This document shows positions 19,225 to 28,401 of a stretch of DNA of 64,000 bases, one piece after another. This DNA is from an uncultured virus (IMG/VR IMGVR_UViG_2657245113_000004). Lineage: Duplodnaviria; Heunggongvirae; Uroviricota; Caudoviricetes. A program made the position numbers and the translations under genes. The stretch lies in IMG/VR virus record IMGVR_UViG_2657245113_000004, positions 1-64,000 of that record; one strand, written 5' to 3'. The notes below the pieces were generated by a model that made no database searches, was not told where the DNA came from, and saw nothing but the letters and a program-made list of their open reading frames with translations. Positions within the stretch are counted from its first letter, which is position 1. Each line of letters opens with the position of its first letter.

Positions 19225-19672
19225 TAGCATAGATGCCATTGGCATTATCGGAACAGCAGCAAAGCTGGAAGTGCGTAACGGGAAAGTTCGTAAAGTTAAC
19301 CACCAGGCGGAAACTGAGGAACAGGCCGCGCTTATTGCGTGGGCAGATAAAACTGTTATCAATGGTATTTGTATCGGGGACTATCTGATCCATATACCCA
19401 ACGAGGGAAAGCGTGGGCCAAAGGCGGCAAGGGATGCTAAGCGACTTGGGTTGAGGAAAGGCGTGCCAGATTTGTTTCTGGCGCTGCCGCGTGGCGGCTA
19501 TGCGGGGTTGTGGATAGAGATGAAGGTAAAGTCCCGATTAACATCTGCTGAGCAGTTTTGCTGGCTGAGAAAGCTGGATAATGTTGGTTACGTTGCAACT
19601 ACTTGTTTTTCTTTTGGTCAGGCTAAAGATACAGTAGTAAAATACCTTAACAAAAACAACATAACAGGATGA
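19217..19672 (+). CDS. VRR-NUC domain nuclease
   Basis: HIPNEG, GVPDLFL, LWIEMK, Q..W. Confidence 0.88.
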   Translation: MLNSIDAIGIIGTAAKLEVRNGKVRKVNHQAETEEQAALIAWADKTVINGICIGDYLIHIPNEGKRGPKAARDAKRLGLRKGVPDLFLALPRGGYAGLWIEMKVKSRLTSAEQFCWLRKLDNVGYVATTCFSFGQAKDTVVKYLNKNNITG

Positions 19673-19678
19673 TGCGCT

Positions 19679-20524
19679 ATGTTTTATCATGTTCACATAG
19701 AGTCAGCGGATAAAAATACCAAAGGAGGAGTTAAGCGTAACTTTGAGTATGATTTTAATTCAGAGGAAATGGTTATTGATAATATATTAATACCATATTT
19801 GACTGGAGATACCTTTCAGTTTGATGGGTATTTTTTAGATAAAGGAAGAGTTAATAGAATAAAAATAGTAGAAACGGAAAATACAGCTACTCAAGAAAAA
19901 GACTCAAGAGTTAATAGAATGAAATTAGCTGGTGGTATGATTGTATCATCGGCAAAATCTTCAGTAATTTTTGGTGATTCCACACGGAAAGATATCAGTA
20001 GGGAATTATTAGAGAAAGCAAGAAGCAAGTGTTCAGATATTAAACCTCAAGAAATCGACGTGAAACATAAGGTTTCTGATAAAAATAAAGTGTTTATAGT
20101 GCATGGACAAGATGATTTAGCAAGGCTTGAAGTATCTTCATTTCTAAGCAAATTAGGTCTTGAGCCGATAGTTTTGCATGAACAAGCAAGCTCTGGTAGT
20201 ACCATAATTGAGAAAATTGAGAAGTATACTGATGTTGGATTTGGTGTGGTGCTTTATACACCATGTGATACTGGAGCTAAACAAACAGTTGAACCAGAAT
20301 ATAGACCAAGAGCTAGACAGAATGTGGTATTTGAACATGGGTATTTAATTGGCAAGTTATCCAGAAAGAATGTTTGTGCGCTGGTTAAAGGAGATGTTGA
20401 AACTCCTAACGATATTAGTGGTGTTGTTTATGTACCTCAAGACGCCGCAGGTGCTTGGAAGTTAATGCTAGCTAAAGAATTAAAAAGCTCGGGCTACGAT
20501 ATAGATATGAACAAAGCGCTTTAG
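19679..20524 (+). CDS. TIR-like (predicted nucleotide-binding) domain protein
   Basis: VFIVHGQD, LHEQ, TIIEKIE, LYTPCD, RARQNVVFEHG, PNDISGVVY; AT-rich insert. Confidence 0.88.
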   Translation: MFYHVHIESADKNTKGGVKRNFEYDFNSEEMVIDNILIPYLTGDTFQFDGYFLDKGRVNRIKIVETENTATQEKDSRVNRMKLAGGMIVSSAKSSVIFGDSTRKDISRELLEKARSKCSDIKPQEIDVKHKVSDKNKVFIVHGQDDLARLEVSSFLSKLGLEPIVLHEQASSGSTIIEKIEKYTDVGFGVVLYTPCDTGAKQTVEPEYRPRARQNVVFEHGYLIGKLSRKNVCALVKGDVETPNDISGVVYVPQDAAGAWKLMLAKELKSSGYDIDMNKAL

Positions 20525-20611
20525 TATTTCATAAATTGCAATAATTAAACTTGAATTGCATTATATGGGATAGTGTTTATCATTGGTTTAGACTCAAAAG
20601 GGGACTGACCA

Positions 20612-21418
20612 ATGACCACTGCTATTGAACAACTTATCAAAATGCACGATCCGCGCTGTGTCAGCATAGAATCACTGAACATTGGCAGAGGTCGTGCCGT
20701 TCTGACCAAAGACCAGATACTAGGGGCTTTTGCTACCTGCCAGCATAGTCACCCCGTCGGATTCGATATATTAATGACCAAATACCGCAATGACTACCAA
20801 GCTGAACGACGCTTACGGGCCGCAATTAGTGTGTGGTTGCATAAGCGACCGCATCCCGGGCGTGCCATTGCTGCCTGTCAGTTGGCGCTGAATATGGTAT
20901 TGGATAGAAACCTTCCGGCGCAGGTAGAGCAAATTGCAACTTTGCTGCGGCGTTACGGATCCCGTACCGGTATCACCAGAAAAGTCGTTGATGGGCTACA
21001 GCAGCAAATCAAATTACTGGAAAGAGATAAAGTCCAGGCACTTGATGATGGCGCTATTGAATTACTGGCAAATGAAATAAATACCCTTCAGTCTAAAATC
21101 AAAACAGAACGCGGAGCACTCCGGGTATGGGCCAATCATCAGGCGGCGATAACGCAAGTCTGCCCCCGTTGTCACGGTGCCGGTAAAACCCTGCGTCCTC
21201 ATCCAGAAACATGCAACGAATGCGGTGGTGGTGGACGTATACCGCCAACAATGGAACATCTGCGCAAATCCATGGGCATCATAGGGGCTGAGATACCCGC
21301 CGGGGAGTGGGCTGCGCAATATGTGCCGCTGGTGAAGGAATGCATGCACTGGTTGTACGTTGAAGAAAGCGACGCGTCTCAGACCTTATCTGAATTAACT
21401 AAAAATGAAATGGTTTGA
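20612..21418 (+). CDS. Late antiterminator Q-like protein
   Basis: CPRCHGAG..CNECGGGG zinc finger; lies between the nin region and pR'/lysis genes. Confidence 0.8.
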   Translation: MTTAIEQLIKMHDPRCVSIESLNIGRGRAVLTKDQILGAFATCQHSHPVGFDILMTKYRNDYQAERRLRAAISVWLHKRPHPGRAIAACQLALNMVLDRNLPAQVEQIATLLRRYGSRTGITRKVVDGLQQQIKLLERDKVQALDDGAIELLANEINTLQSKIKTERGALRVWANHQAAITQVCPRCHGAGKTLRPHPETCNECGGGGRIPPTMEHLRKSMGIIGAEIPAGEWAAQYVPLVKECMHWLYVEESDASQTLSELTKNEMV

Positions 21419-21426
21419 GAGACAGA

Positions 21427-21830
21427 TGGCAAAAAATAATTATGCTGAAATATCTGTCAGCGTCGCAAAATATTTTGCTGGCGTGAATAACCACGAATTA
21501 GCTAAAAAATGGGATCAATCACTCGACGGTAATGGAAAGTCATGCCCAAGAATTACTTTTCTAGGCTTATGTGAGGACGGCTGGGTAAAGGGAATAAAAC
21601 GAGGTAATTATATTTTACGTCGAAGAAAATATCCTAATAACAAAGATTATGCCGTCGAGGGAGCAAAAATAGTCTTAGCTAATCCCAGTAAAGAATATTT
21701 AGCGTCTCAATTGTGGGCTGAGGTTAAAAGAGCATTGCCAGATGGGGCGGAGAATCACAATCAGCAGATGACGGTGGTTATTGCTTTGATGAATAATGAC
21801 CTTTTGCAATACCCTCCATTGACTGAATGA
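21427..21830 (+). CDS. DUF6979-like protein
   Basis: KSCPRITFLGLCEDG, NKDYA, LW, HNQQMTVVIAL; family recalled from motif; start may be 21405. Confidence 0.6.
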
Positions 21831-21860
21831 TTAATACGCGCTAAATTTCCGAAAGATGCC
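21819..21860 (+). promoter_or_regulatory. Late promoter pR' copy 1
   Basis: TTGACT-17-TAAATT (same hexamers as lambda pR') followed by a -10-like pause element AAAGAT. Confidence 0.85.
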
Positions 21861-21957
21861 GGAGTATGCTTAAAAGCTGCTCTGGTTTTTTATTGGTCAG
21901 TTCTGGTCAGTCCTGACTACCCCAAAAGCCTGCATGGTTCGCCCAGCAGGCTTTTTT
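21859..21957 (+). terminator. Two tandem intrinsic terminators after pR' copy 1
   Basis: CCGGAGTA..TGCTCTGG-T6 and AAAAGCCTGC..GCAGGCTTTTTT. Confidence 0.8.
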
Positions 21958-21983
21958 ATTTCCCCAAACCGGGGAGGTGGAGC

Positions 21984-22220
21984 ATGAAAATGCCTGAAAA
22001 AACATCATTTGCCTCATATCTCACAGGGGCAGTGCTGGTATTGGTTGGGAAGCTGGGTAACCTATTAAAAGATTTAACCCTGAATGATTGGGCGATTGTC
22101 ATCGGTATTATCATCGGGGTGGCTACCTTTTTTCTGAACGCCTACTGGCAGCGCCGGCAGACAAAAGCTATCGAAAAAGCAGCGCGAGAGGGGTACACAA
22201 TAATCAGGGGGGATAAATAA
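21984..22220 (+). CDS. Class II holin (pinholin-like) with dual start
   Basis: MKM start, two TM helices, LNDWAIVIGI, basic C-terminus. Confidence 0.85.
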   Translation: MKMPEKTSFASYLTGAVLVLVGKLGNLLKDLTLNDWAIVIGIIIGVATFFLNAYWQRRQTKAIEKAAREGYTIIRGDK

Positions 22221-22708
22221 TGGCAGTGTCCTCCCCTTTAATGAAGAAAATATACGGTGTAGTTGCTGGTGGTGCTATGGCGATCGCAATTGCCCTTGTG
22301 GGCGGCAGCGATGGATTGGAAGGGCGTGAGTATATGCCTTATCGTGATGTGGTTGGCGTGCTAACGGTCTGCGATGGTCACACTGGCAAAGATATCATCC
22401 CCAGCAAACGCTACAGCGATGCTGAATGTGATGCTTTGCTACACAAAGATCTGATCCCCGTATTTGCCGCCATCGACCGCATCGTTAACGTTCCAATGTC
22501 CGATTTCCGTAAAGCTGCCCTGGCATCATTTGGCTACAACGTTGGTATTACTGCCATGACCAATTCCACCATGGTGAAAAAACTCAACCGTGGCGATACT
22601 TCTGGCGCGTGCGATGAGCTGCGTAGATGGATTAAGGCTGGTGGCAAGGTCTGGAAGGGGTTAGTCAATCGCCGTGAAGTCGAGCGCGAATTATGTCTGA
22701 TGCCATAA
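22220..22708 (+). CDS. SAR endolysin (lysozyme)
   Basis: Gly/Ala-rich SAR helix, EG..YRDVVGVLTVCDGHTG, GLVNRREVE. Confidence 0.93.
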   Translation: MAVSSPLMKKIYGVVAGGAMAIAIALVGGSDGLEGREYMPYRDVVGVLTVCDGHTGKDIIPSKRYSDAECDALLHKDLIPVFAAIDRIVNVPMSDFRKAALASFGYNVGITAMTNSTMVKKLNRGDTSGACDELRRWIKAGGKVWKGLVNRREVERELCLMP

Positions 22709-22839
22709 AACCGTTATAAATTAGCTAATAACACCCATTTACATGTTGTTTTGGTAACGCTACGTGAAATCTGAATCACTGGTGTATGCCATTACCCCTG
22801 CTTTTTTCATAGTAAACGGCATTAAGCCCGGATCCTGAT

Positions 22840-23376
22840 ATGTCCACAAAACTACTTATCGCGATTGCCAGCGTTCTGCTGGTGGTGATCCTGTGCCTTG
22901 GCGGTACCGCTTTCTATTTCCACAAAGTTGCTGTTGAGAAGGTCGGGCAATTATCACAACTGCAAAGTGATCTGGATGAATCAAAAGCCACCCAGGCATT
23001 ACAGGCTTTTCAGTTCCAGCGTTCCAATGAGATAGCTGCGCAGGCCGGTAGCTATAACGTCACCATTTCTGCCAAAAGCGAGGAAAGGCAAATTGAAAAC
23101 CGCAAAGACCTCAAAATTGAGGAATGCGCTGATCGGTATCTCCCTGATGCTACTGCTCAGCGGATGTACGACTATACGGACGGTTTACGTGCCAGGGCAA
23201 TGCGCAATTCCGGCCAACCTGACGGAACCGCTACTGGTGCCACTTCCCCCCGCAGAATGACATACCGCCAAGCAGTGCTGTGGCTTGACCCGTTGCTGAC
23301 CCTGTTAGACCGGGCCAATAACGATAGAGAGTTGATCCGCAGTCTGCCATCACAGCAACCCACGGGAAATAAATGA
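22840..23376 (+). CDS. Rz / i-spanin (reads into an o-spanin-like C-terminus)
   Basis: N-terminal TM helix, coiled coil, EECA. Confidence 0.8.
   Translation: MSTKLLIAIASVLLVVILCLGGTAFYFHKVAVEKVGQLSQLQSDLDESKATQALQAFQFQRSNEIAAQAGSYNVTISAKSEERQIENRKDLKIEECADRYLPDATAQRMYDYTDGLRARAMRNSGQPDGTATGATSPRRMTYRQAVLWLDPLLTLLDRANNDRELIRSLPSQQPTGNK
23093..23260 (+). CDS. Rz1 / o-spanin lipoprotein in the +1 frame, apparently truncated
   Basis: TTG start, MKTAKTSKLRNALIGISLMLLLSGC lipobox, Pro-rich; stops right after the C6 run. Confidence 0.7.
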   Translation: MKTAKTSKLRNALIGISLMLLLSGCTTIRTVYVPGQCAIPANLTEPLLVPLPPAE

Positions 23377-23451
23377 GCTGAAGTCAGTCATTACAGAGCC
23401 ACTTCCCCAGAGGTGGCTCAATAATGGCCCACAACAGACCAATAGAACACT

Positions 23452-24309
23452 ATGGCAAAGCATGATTGGGAAGCGTTACAAGCTGCCTTTCTGGCTGATA
23501 ACGCGACTACAGGAATTACCGCTCAGCAATGGTGTGAACAGCATGGACTTAATTACCAATCTGCACGCCGCTATATCAAACCTCGTGCTGCGCAGTCTGC
23601 GCAAAAGAAACCCCGTAGAACTGCGCACAATGCGCAATCGGATGCTACTGCGCAACAGTGCGCAAACAGTGATGACGTGGAAGAGGAAGAACAGAAATTA
23701 TCATCGGACGCAGACGATGACCGCGATCTAGAGTCAGAGCCAGCCGAGAAACCGAACTCCGGCCGATCGGGCAACGGGCAATTCACCAAAGGCAACCGTC
23801 ATTCAGAAGGTAATGCAGGTAATCCCAATCCGGTTGGCGCTTTTACTCCCGGCAATCAGGCAGCCAGAAAACATGGCGCTTATGCGCGCTATCTGAATGC
23901 AGATGATTTGTTTGAGGCGGCGGCAGATTCAGATCTTCATGACGAACTGATATTCACCCGAGCGCGAGCATTATCAGTGACCAAAACCATGCGCAAAATC
24001 CACGAGGATTTAGCAGCAGCCGAATCCGTTGAAGCGCGTATAGAACTGTATGACAAGCTGCTGAAAGCGGAATCAGCGCTGGATAGAAATATTGGTCGCA
24101 TTGAATCCATTGAGAACAGTTTGAGCAAGCTCAGGTTGGATGCCATCAACGGGCCTCGTTTAACGGCGGATATGTATCGTATCAAAGCGGCCACTTCTAA
24201 GCTGAAGGCAGAAACACAGAAACTCACCTCAGAAGGTAAGGGCGTGACAACGCCACTCAGCGAAGCAGTGAAGGAAGTTAGAGACTCAGGACAGGACGGT
24301 TTGCTGTGA
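23452..24309 (+). CDS. terS: Terminase small subunit
   Basis: N-terminal HTH (GLNYQSARRYIK), GNQAARKHGAY; precedes terL. Confidence 0.88.
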   Translation: MAKHDWEALQAAFLADNATTGITAQQWCEQHGLNYQSARRYIKPRAAQSAQKKPRRTAHNAQSDATAQQCANSDDVEEEEQKLSSDADDDRDLESEPAEKPNSGRSGNGQFTKGNRHSEGNAGNPNPVGAFTPGNQAARKHGAYARYLNADDLFEAAADSDLHDELIFTRARALSVTKTMRKIHEDLAAAESVEARIELYDKLLKAESALDRNIGRIESIENSLSKLRLDAINGPRLTADMYRIKAATSKLKAETQKLTSEGKGVTTPLSEAVKEVRDSGQDGLL

Positions 24310-26012
24310 AACAAGACGATAGACTTAATGATGCCGATATTGCCGCCATGAGTGAAGCAGAACAGGTCGCCTATATCAAAGCTCATTTATCTGATGTTTG
24401 GTGGCGGTTGAACAACTTATACAAGATAGTCAATGAAGATGGCGAGCTAGTGACCTTTCGTATGCGCCCGGCACAGCGAGAGTTGTTCAAGAATATGCAC
24501 TATCGAAATATCATTCTCAAAGCTCGCCAATTGGGCTTCTCAACAGGGATAGATATCTACCTGCTCGATCAGGCGCTTTTTAACAAAAATCTCTCCTGTG
24601 GGATCATCGCTCAGGATTTACCGGCGGCAGGGGAAATATTCAGTACCAAAATATCTATTCCGTTCGATAACTTGCCTGTTTGGTTACGCGCAACGTTTCA
24701 AATCAATACCCGACGTGAAGGTGCCAATGGTGGGCATATCGAGTTTGCTCATGGCTCCAAGATCCGTGTATCAACCTCATTCCGTTCAGGGACGGTACAA
24801 CGGCTACATATTTCAGAGCATGGGAAAATTTGCGCCAAGTATCCGGCTAAGGCGAAAGAGGTCAGAACGGGAACGCTCAACGCCATCAAAGACGGCTGCA
24901 TTGTTTTTATTGAAAGCACCGCTGAAGGCGTAGGCGGCGATTTCCACACCATGAGCACGCGAGCCATGGATTTAGGCCAATTAAAGCTACCGCTCACCTC
25001 ACAAGATTATAAATTCCATTTCTTTGCCTGGTGGCAGGATCCTAAATATCAGACCTCAGTACCAACGGGGGGCCTGCGTTTAAGTAAATACCATCAGGCG
25101 TATTTTGCTGCTGTTGAGCAAACGATGGGTATCACTTTGCTTGATGAACAAAAGCAGTGGTATATCCGCAAAGAAATTGAGCAGCAGGAGGAAATGAAAC
25201 AGGAATTCCCTAGCACGCCATCTGAGGCATTTCTCACTTCTGGCCGCCGCGTATTCGCCGCCATCAATGTTATGCAGGCCGAAGGTCAGTGTCAGTCTCC
25301 GTTGCTGGTATATGACATTGAGCCAGTAACCGGTAAGCGAACCAAAGTTCAGGCATTACGTGCTGGCAATGCAGAAGAACTGCAACGCACGCTACTGAAT
25401 CACTTATTGGTGTGGGAACTGCCGGATCCAGATGAGGATTACGCTATTGGTGGTGATGTGGCTGAGGGCTTGGAAAACCGTGACCGATCATCATTTGATG
25501 TGGTGAAAAAGTCTACTGGGGAACAGGTCGCCCACTGGTTCGGCTATCTGGATGCTGAATTGTTCGCTCAACTTCTAGCCCATGTTGGCAAATGGTACAA
25601 CACGGCATTTATTGGGCCTGAGCGTAACAACCACGGCCATGCAGTTATACAGAAGTTACGTGAAGTTTACCCGCACCGCGCTATCTACTCAGAGCAATAT
25701 CTCGACCGTGACCATGATGATGAAACGCCAAAACTGGGCTGGCTAACTACCGCACAAAGTAAGCCGGTCATCATCGAGGGGCTTAAATCACTGCTTCGAG
25801 AGAGCGCCTCTGGTGTTCGCTGGATTGGCACCATCAATGAATTGAATACCTACGTATACGATGCAAGAGGTCGCATGAATGCCCAAACCGGTTGTTTTGA
25901 TGACCAGGTGATGAGCTATGCCATTGCACAAGAAATGAGAGCCCGTATGCCAGCACGCCCTAAACATACTCCTATTGACCGTTCGAAACCTAAACACTGG
26001 ATGGCTATCTGA
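24306..26012 (+). CDS. terL: Terminase large subunit
   Basis: LKARQLGFST Walker A, LHISEHG, IESTAEG, nuclease GGDVAEG and FDDQVMS. Confidence 0.95.
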   Translation: MKQDDRLNDADIAAMSEAEQVAYIKAHLSDVWWRLNNLYKIVNEDGELVTFRMRPAQRELFKNMHYRNIILKARQLGFSTGIDIYLLDQALFNKNLSCGIIAQDLPAAGEIFSTKISIPFDNLPVWLRATFQINTRREGANGGHIEFAHGSKIRVSTSFRSGTVQRLHISEHGKICAKYPAKAKEVRTGTLNAIKDGCIVFIESTAEGVGGDFHTMSTRAMDLGQLKLPLTSQDYKFHFFAWWQDPKYQTSVPTGGLRLSKYHQAYFAAVEQTMGITLLDEQKQWYIRKEIEQQEEMKQEFPSTPSEAFLTSGRRVFAAINVMQAEGQCQSPLLVYDIEPVTGKRTKVQALRAGNAEELQRTLLNHLLVWELPDPDEDYAIGGDVAEGLENRDRSSFDVVKKSTGEQVAHWFGYLDAELFAQLLAHVGKWYNTAFIGPERNNHGHAVIQKLREVYPHRAIYSEQYLDRDHDDETPKLGWLTTAQSKPVIIEGLKSLLRESASGVRWIGTINELNTYVYDARGRMNAQTGCFDDQVMSYAIAQEMRARMPARPKHTPIDRSKPKHWMAI

Positions 26013-28132
26013 TGAATACCGCGACCAATCAAACTGAGCCTGCTCAGCCAGTCAACCGCGACCGCTTTACCCTTGAGCGCTTGATGGATATCTCTTCAGA
26101 TATTGACCATCAGCCAGACTGGCGCACCAGTGCTAACACGGCTTGTGCTTATTACGATGGGGATCAACTTGCGCCGGAAGTGGTGGCAAAGCTGCGGGAA
26201 CGCGGGCAACCATTGACGCAGCATAACCTTATCGCGCCCACAATTGATGGCGTGCTGGGTATGGAAGCGAAGACCCGCACCGATCTAATGGTGATTGCTG
26301 ATGATCCCAATGAGGAAATGGAGATCATGGCCGAAGCCGTCAATGCTGAGTTTGCGGATGCGTGCCGCTTAAGTGGATTAAACAAAGCCCGCAGTGATGC
26401 CTATGCCGAGCAAATCAAAGCCGGTTTATCATGGGTTGAGGTACGCCGTAACGATGATCCCTTTGCCAATAAATTCAAAGTCTCTACCGTTCATCGTAAT
26501 GAAGTGTTCTGGGATTGGTTCAGCCGCGAGGCGGATCTGAGTGATTGCCGTTGGTTGATGCGTAAGCGCTGGCTGGATGTAGACGAGGTGAAGGGGACTT
26601 TCCCCGATAAAGCACAAATCATCGATTATTCCCTCAATGAATGGAAAGGCTTTGTTGATACCGTTCTGGCTGACGGGCAAGAATCGGATCTGATGAGTGC
26701 CTATGAAGAGTATCAATCGTGGAGCCGTGAAAGCACCGAGTGGGTCACCTCCAACCGTAAGCGCGTGCTGCTTCAGGTTATCTATTATCGCACCTTCCAA
26801 CGCCTGCCTATTCTGCAACTGAGTAATGGCCGAGTGGTGGAATATGACAAGAACAACGTGATGCATGCTGTGGCGGTGGCCACTGAGCGGGTTCAGGTCA
26901 CTATGGCGCGAGTCAGTCGGATCCGCGAATCGTGGTTTGTCGGCCCTCACTTTATCATTGACCGCCCCTGTACCGCGCCGCAAGGCATGTTTCCGCTGAT
27001 CCCGTTCTGGGGCTATCGCAAGGATAAGACCGGAGCGCCGTATGGCTTGGCCTGCCGTGCTATTCCGGCACAGGATGAAGTGAATTTCCGCCGCATCAAG
27101 TTGACCTGGCTGCTGCAAGCAAAACGGGTAATTAAAGATGCGGATGCCACGGAAATGACCGATAAACAGTTGGCCGAAGAAATTGAACGTCCCGACGGGG
27201 TGATTAACCTCAACCCCAACCGCGCCAATAAAACCACTGCCGCAGACGCATTGAATATCCAGCAGGACTTTCAAGTTGCACAGCAGCAGTTTCAGGTTAT
27301 GCAGGAATCCATGAAGTTGATTCAGGATGGTCTGGGTGTTTACTCCGCGTTCCTCGGGCAAGACTCCAATGCATCCAGTGGTGTGGCGATCAGTAACTTG
27401 GTAGAGCAGGGTGCGACTACCTTGGCGGAGATCAACGATAACTATCAGTTTGCTTGCCAACAAGTGGGCCAGTTATTGTTGTGCTATTTGCTGGAAGAGT
27501 TAACCAAGCGCCGAAATTATCCGGTAGTGATTAATCGTGATGATCCACGCAAGCGCAAAGAGGTGGTACTGAATGCCGCCGAAGAGGCTGGCCGGATGAA
27601 TAACGATGTATCACGGCTACGTGCGCATATCGCTCTGGCACCGATTCAACAGACGCCAGCCTATAAATCTCAACTGGCACAACGGTTATCTGAAGTTATT
27701 GTCGGGTTGCCACCGCAGATTCAGGTTAGCGTGTTGGATATGTGGGTAGAACTGTTAGACCTTCCAAATAAACAAGAATTTGTTGAGCGGATCCGTGGCG
27801 CATTGGGTACACCAAAATCGCCGGATGAGATGACACCAGAAGAACAGCAGGCGGCGCAGCAGGAACAACAGTTACAGCAGCAACAGCAAGAGCTGGCAAT
27901 GCGTGAGATTGCCGGTAAGGTTGCAAAATTGGAGGCTGAAGCCCAACGTATTAATGCCCAAGCGGAACGCGAGGCAACATTAGCGAATGGTCAGCGCTTC
28001 AATGATGCTTATACTCAGGCTAAAACGGGGCAGGTGCTGCAAGATATGCAGAATGTGACCGAAGAGATTGGTGCGTTACATGAAGAAATGATGCAGACCA
28101 TTCAAGGTCAAATTGACCAAATACCATTATAG
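26012..28132 (+). CDS. Portal protein (933W/P22-type podoviral)
   Basis: 706 aa after terL; YYDGDQ, NLIAPTID, Gln-rich barrel region. Confidence 0.9.
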   Translation: MNTATNQTEPAQPVNRDRFTLERLMDISSDIDHQPDWRTSANTACAYYDGDQLAPEVVAKLRERGQPLTQHNLIAPTIDGVLGMEAKTRTDLMVIADDPNEEMEIMAEAVNAEFADACRLSGLNKARSDAYAEQIKAGLSWVEVRRNDDPFANKFKVSTVHRNEVFWDWFSREADLSDCRWLMRKRWLDVDEVKGTFPDKAQIIDYSLNEWKGFVDTVLADGQESDLMSAYEEYQSWSRESTEWVTSNRKRVLLQVIYYRTFQRLPILQLSNGRVVEYDKNNVMHAVAVATERVQVTMARVSRIRESWFVGPHFIIDRPCTAPQGMFPLIPFWGYRKDKTGAPYGLACRAIPAQDEVNFRRIKLTWLLQAKRVIKDADATEMTDKQLAEEIERPDGVINLNPNRANKTTAADALNIQQDFQVAQQQFQVMQESMKLIQDGLGVYSAFLGQDSNASSGVAISNLVEQGATTLAEINDNYQFACQQVGQLLLCYLLEELTKRRNYPVVINRDDPRKRKEVVLNAAEEAGRMNNDVSRLRAHIALAPIQQTPAYKSQLAQRLSEVIVGLPPQIQVSVLDMWVELLDLPNKQEFVERIRGALGTPKSPDEMTPEEQQAAQQEQQLQQQQQELAMREIAGKVAKLEAEAQRINAQAEREATLANGQRFNDAYTQAKTGQVLQDMQNVTEEIGALHEEMMQTIQGQIDQIPL

Positions 28133-28135
28133 CTA

Positions 28136-28223
28136 TTGCATGCCTGCAAAATACGCGCTAAATTTCCGAAAGATGCACTACATTGCACTGAATTAAGCCT
28201 CGCCTAACCGCGGGGCTTTTTGC
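28136..28223 (+). promoter_or_regulatory. Late promoter pR'-like copy 2 plus terminator
   Basis: TTGCAT-17-TAAATT-TCCG-AAAGAT, then AAGCCTCGC..GCGGGGCTTTTT. Confidence 0.75.
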
Positions 28224-28401
28224 TTTCTGGTATCTCTGATTTTCATCTGAATTACTTGCCCACAATTCGTGGGCTTTTCTTTTTCTACCATCAAGGTTCA
28301 TGCCGCTAAGCGCTCTTATCCAAGAGTGCTTATTCGCATGGGCAGCGATACGCCTTTCTCATTCGGATCTATCCGGTAAATAGTCATGCAGGAGTCATAA
28401 C

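Noticed and set aside
15779..19672. Restriction-modification system
   Set aside because: The nearby nucleases are ordinary nin-region YbcO and VRR-NUC genes; the methyltransferases look orphan
21860..21984. stx-like toxin or tRNA cargo after pR'
   Set aside because: Only ~125 bp with terminators; no ORF or cloverleaf seen
26429..27463. 344-aa minus-strand ORF
   Set aside because: Antisense shadow of the portal gene
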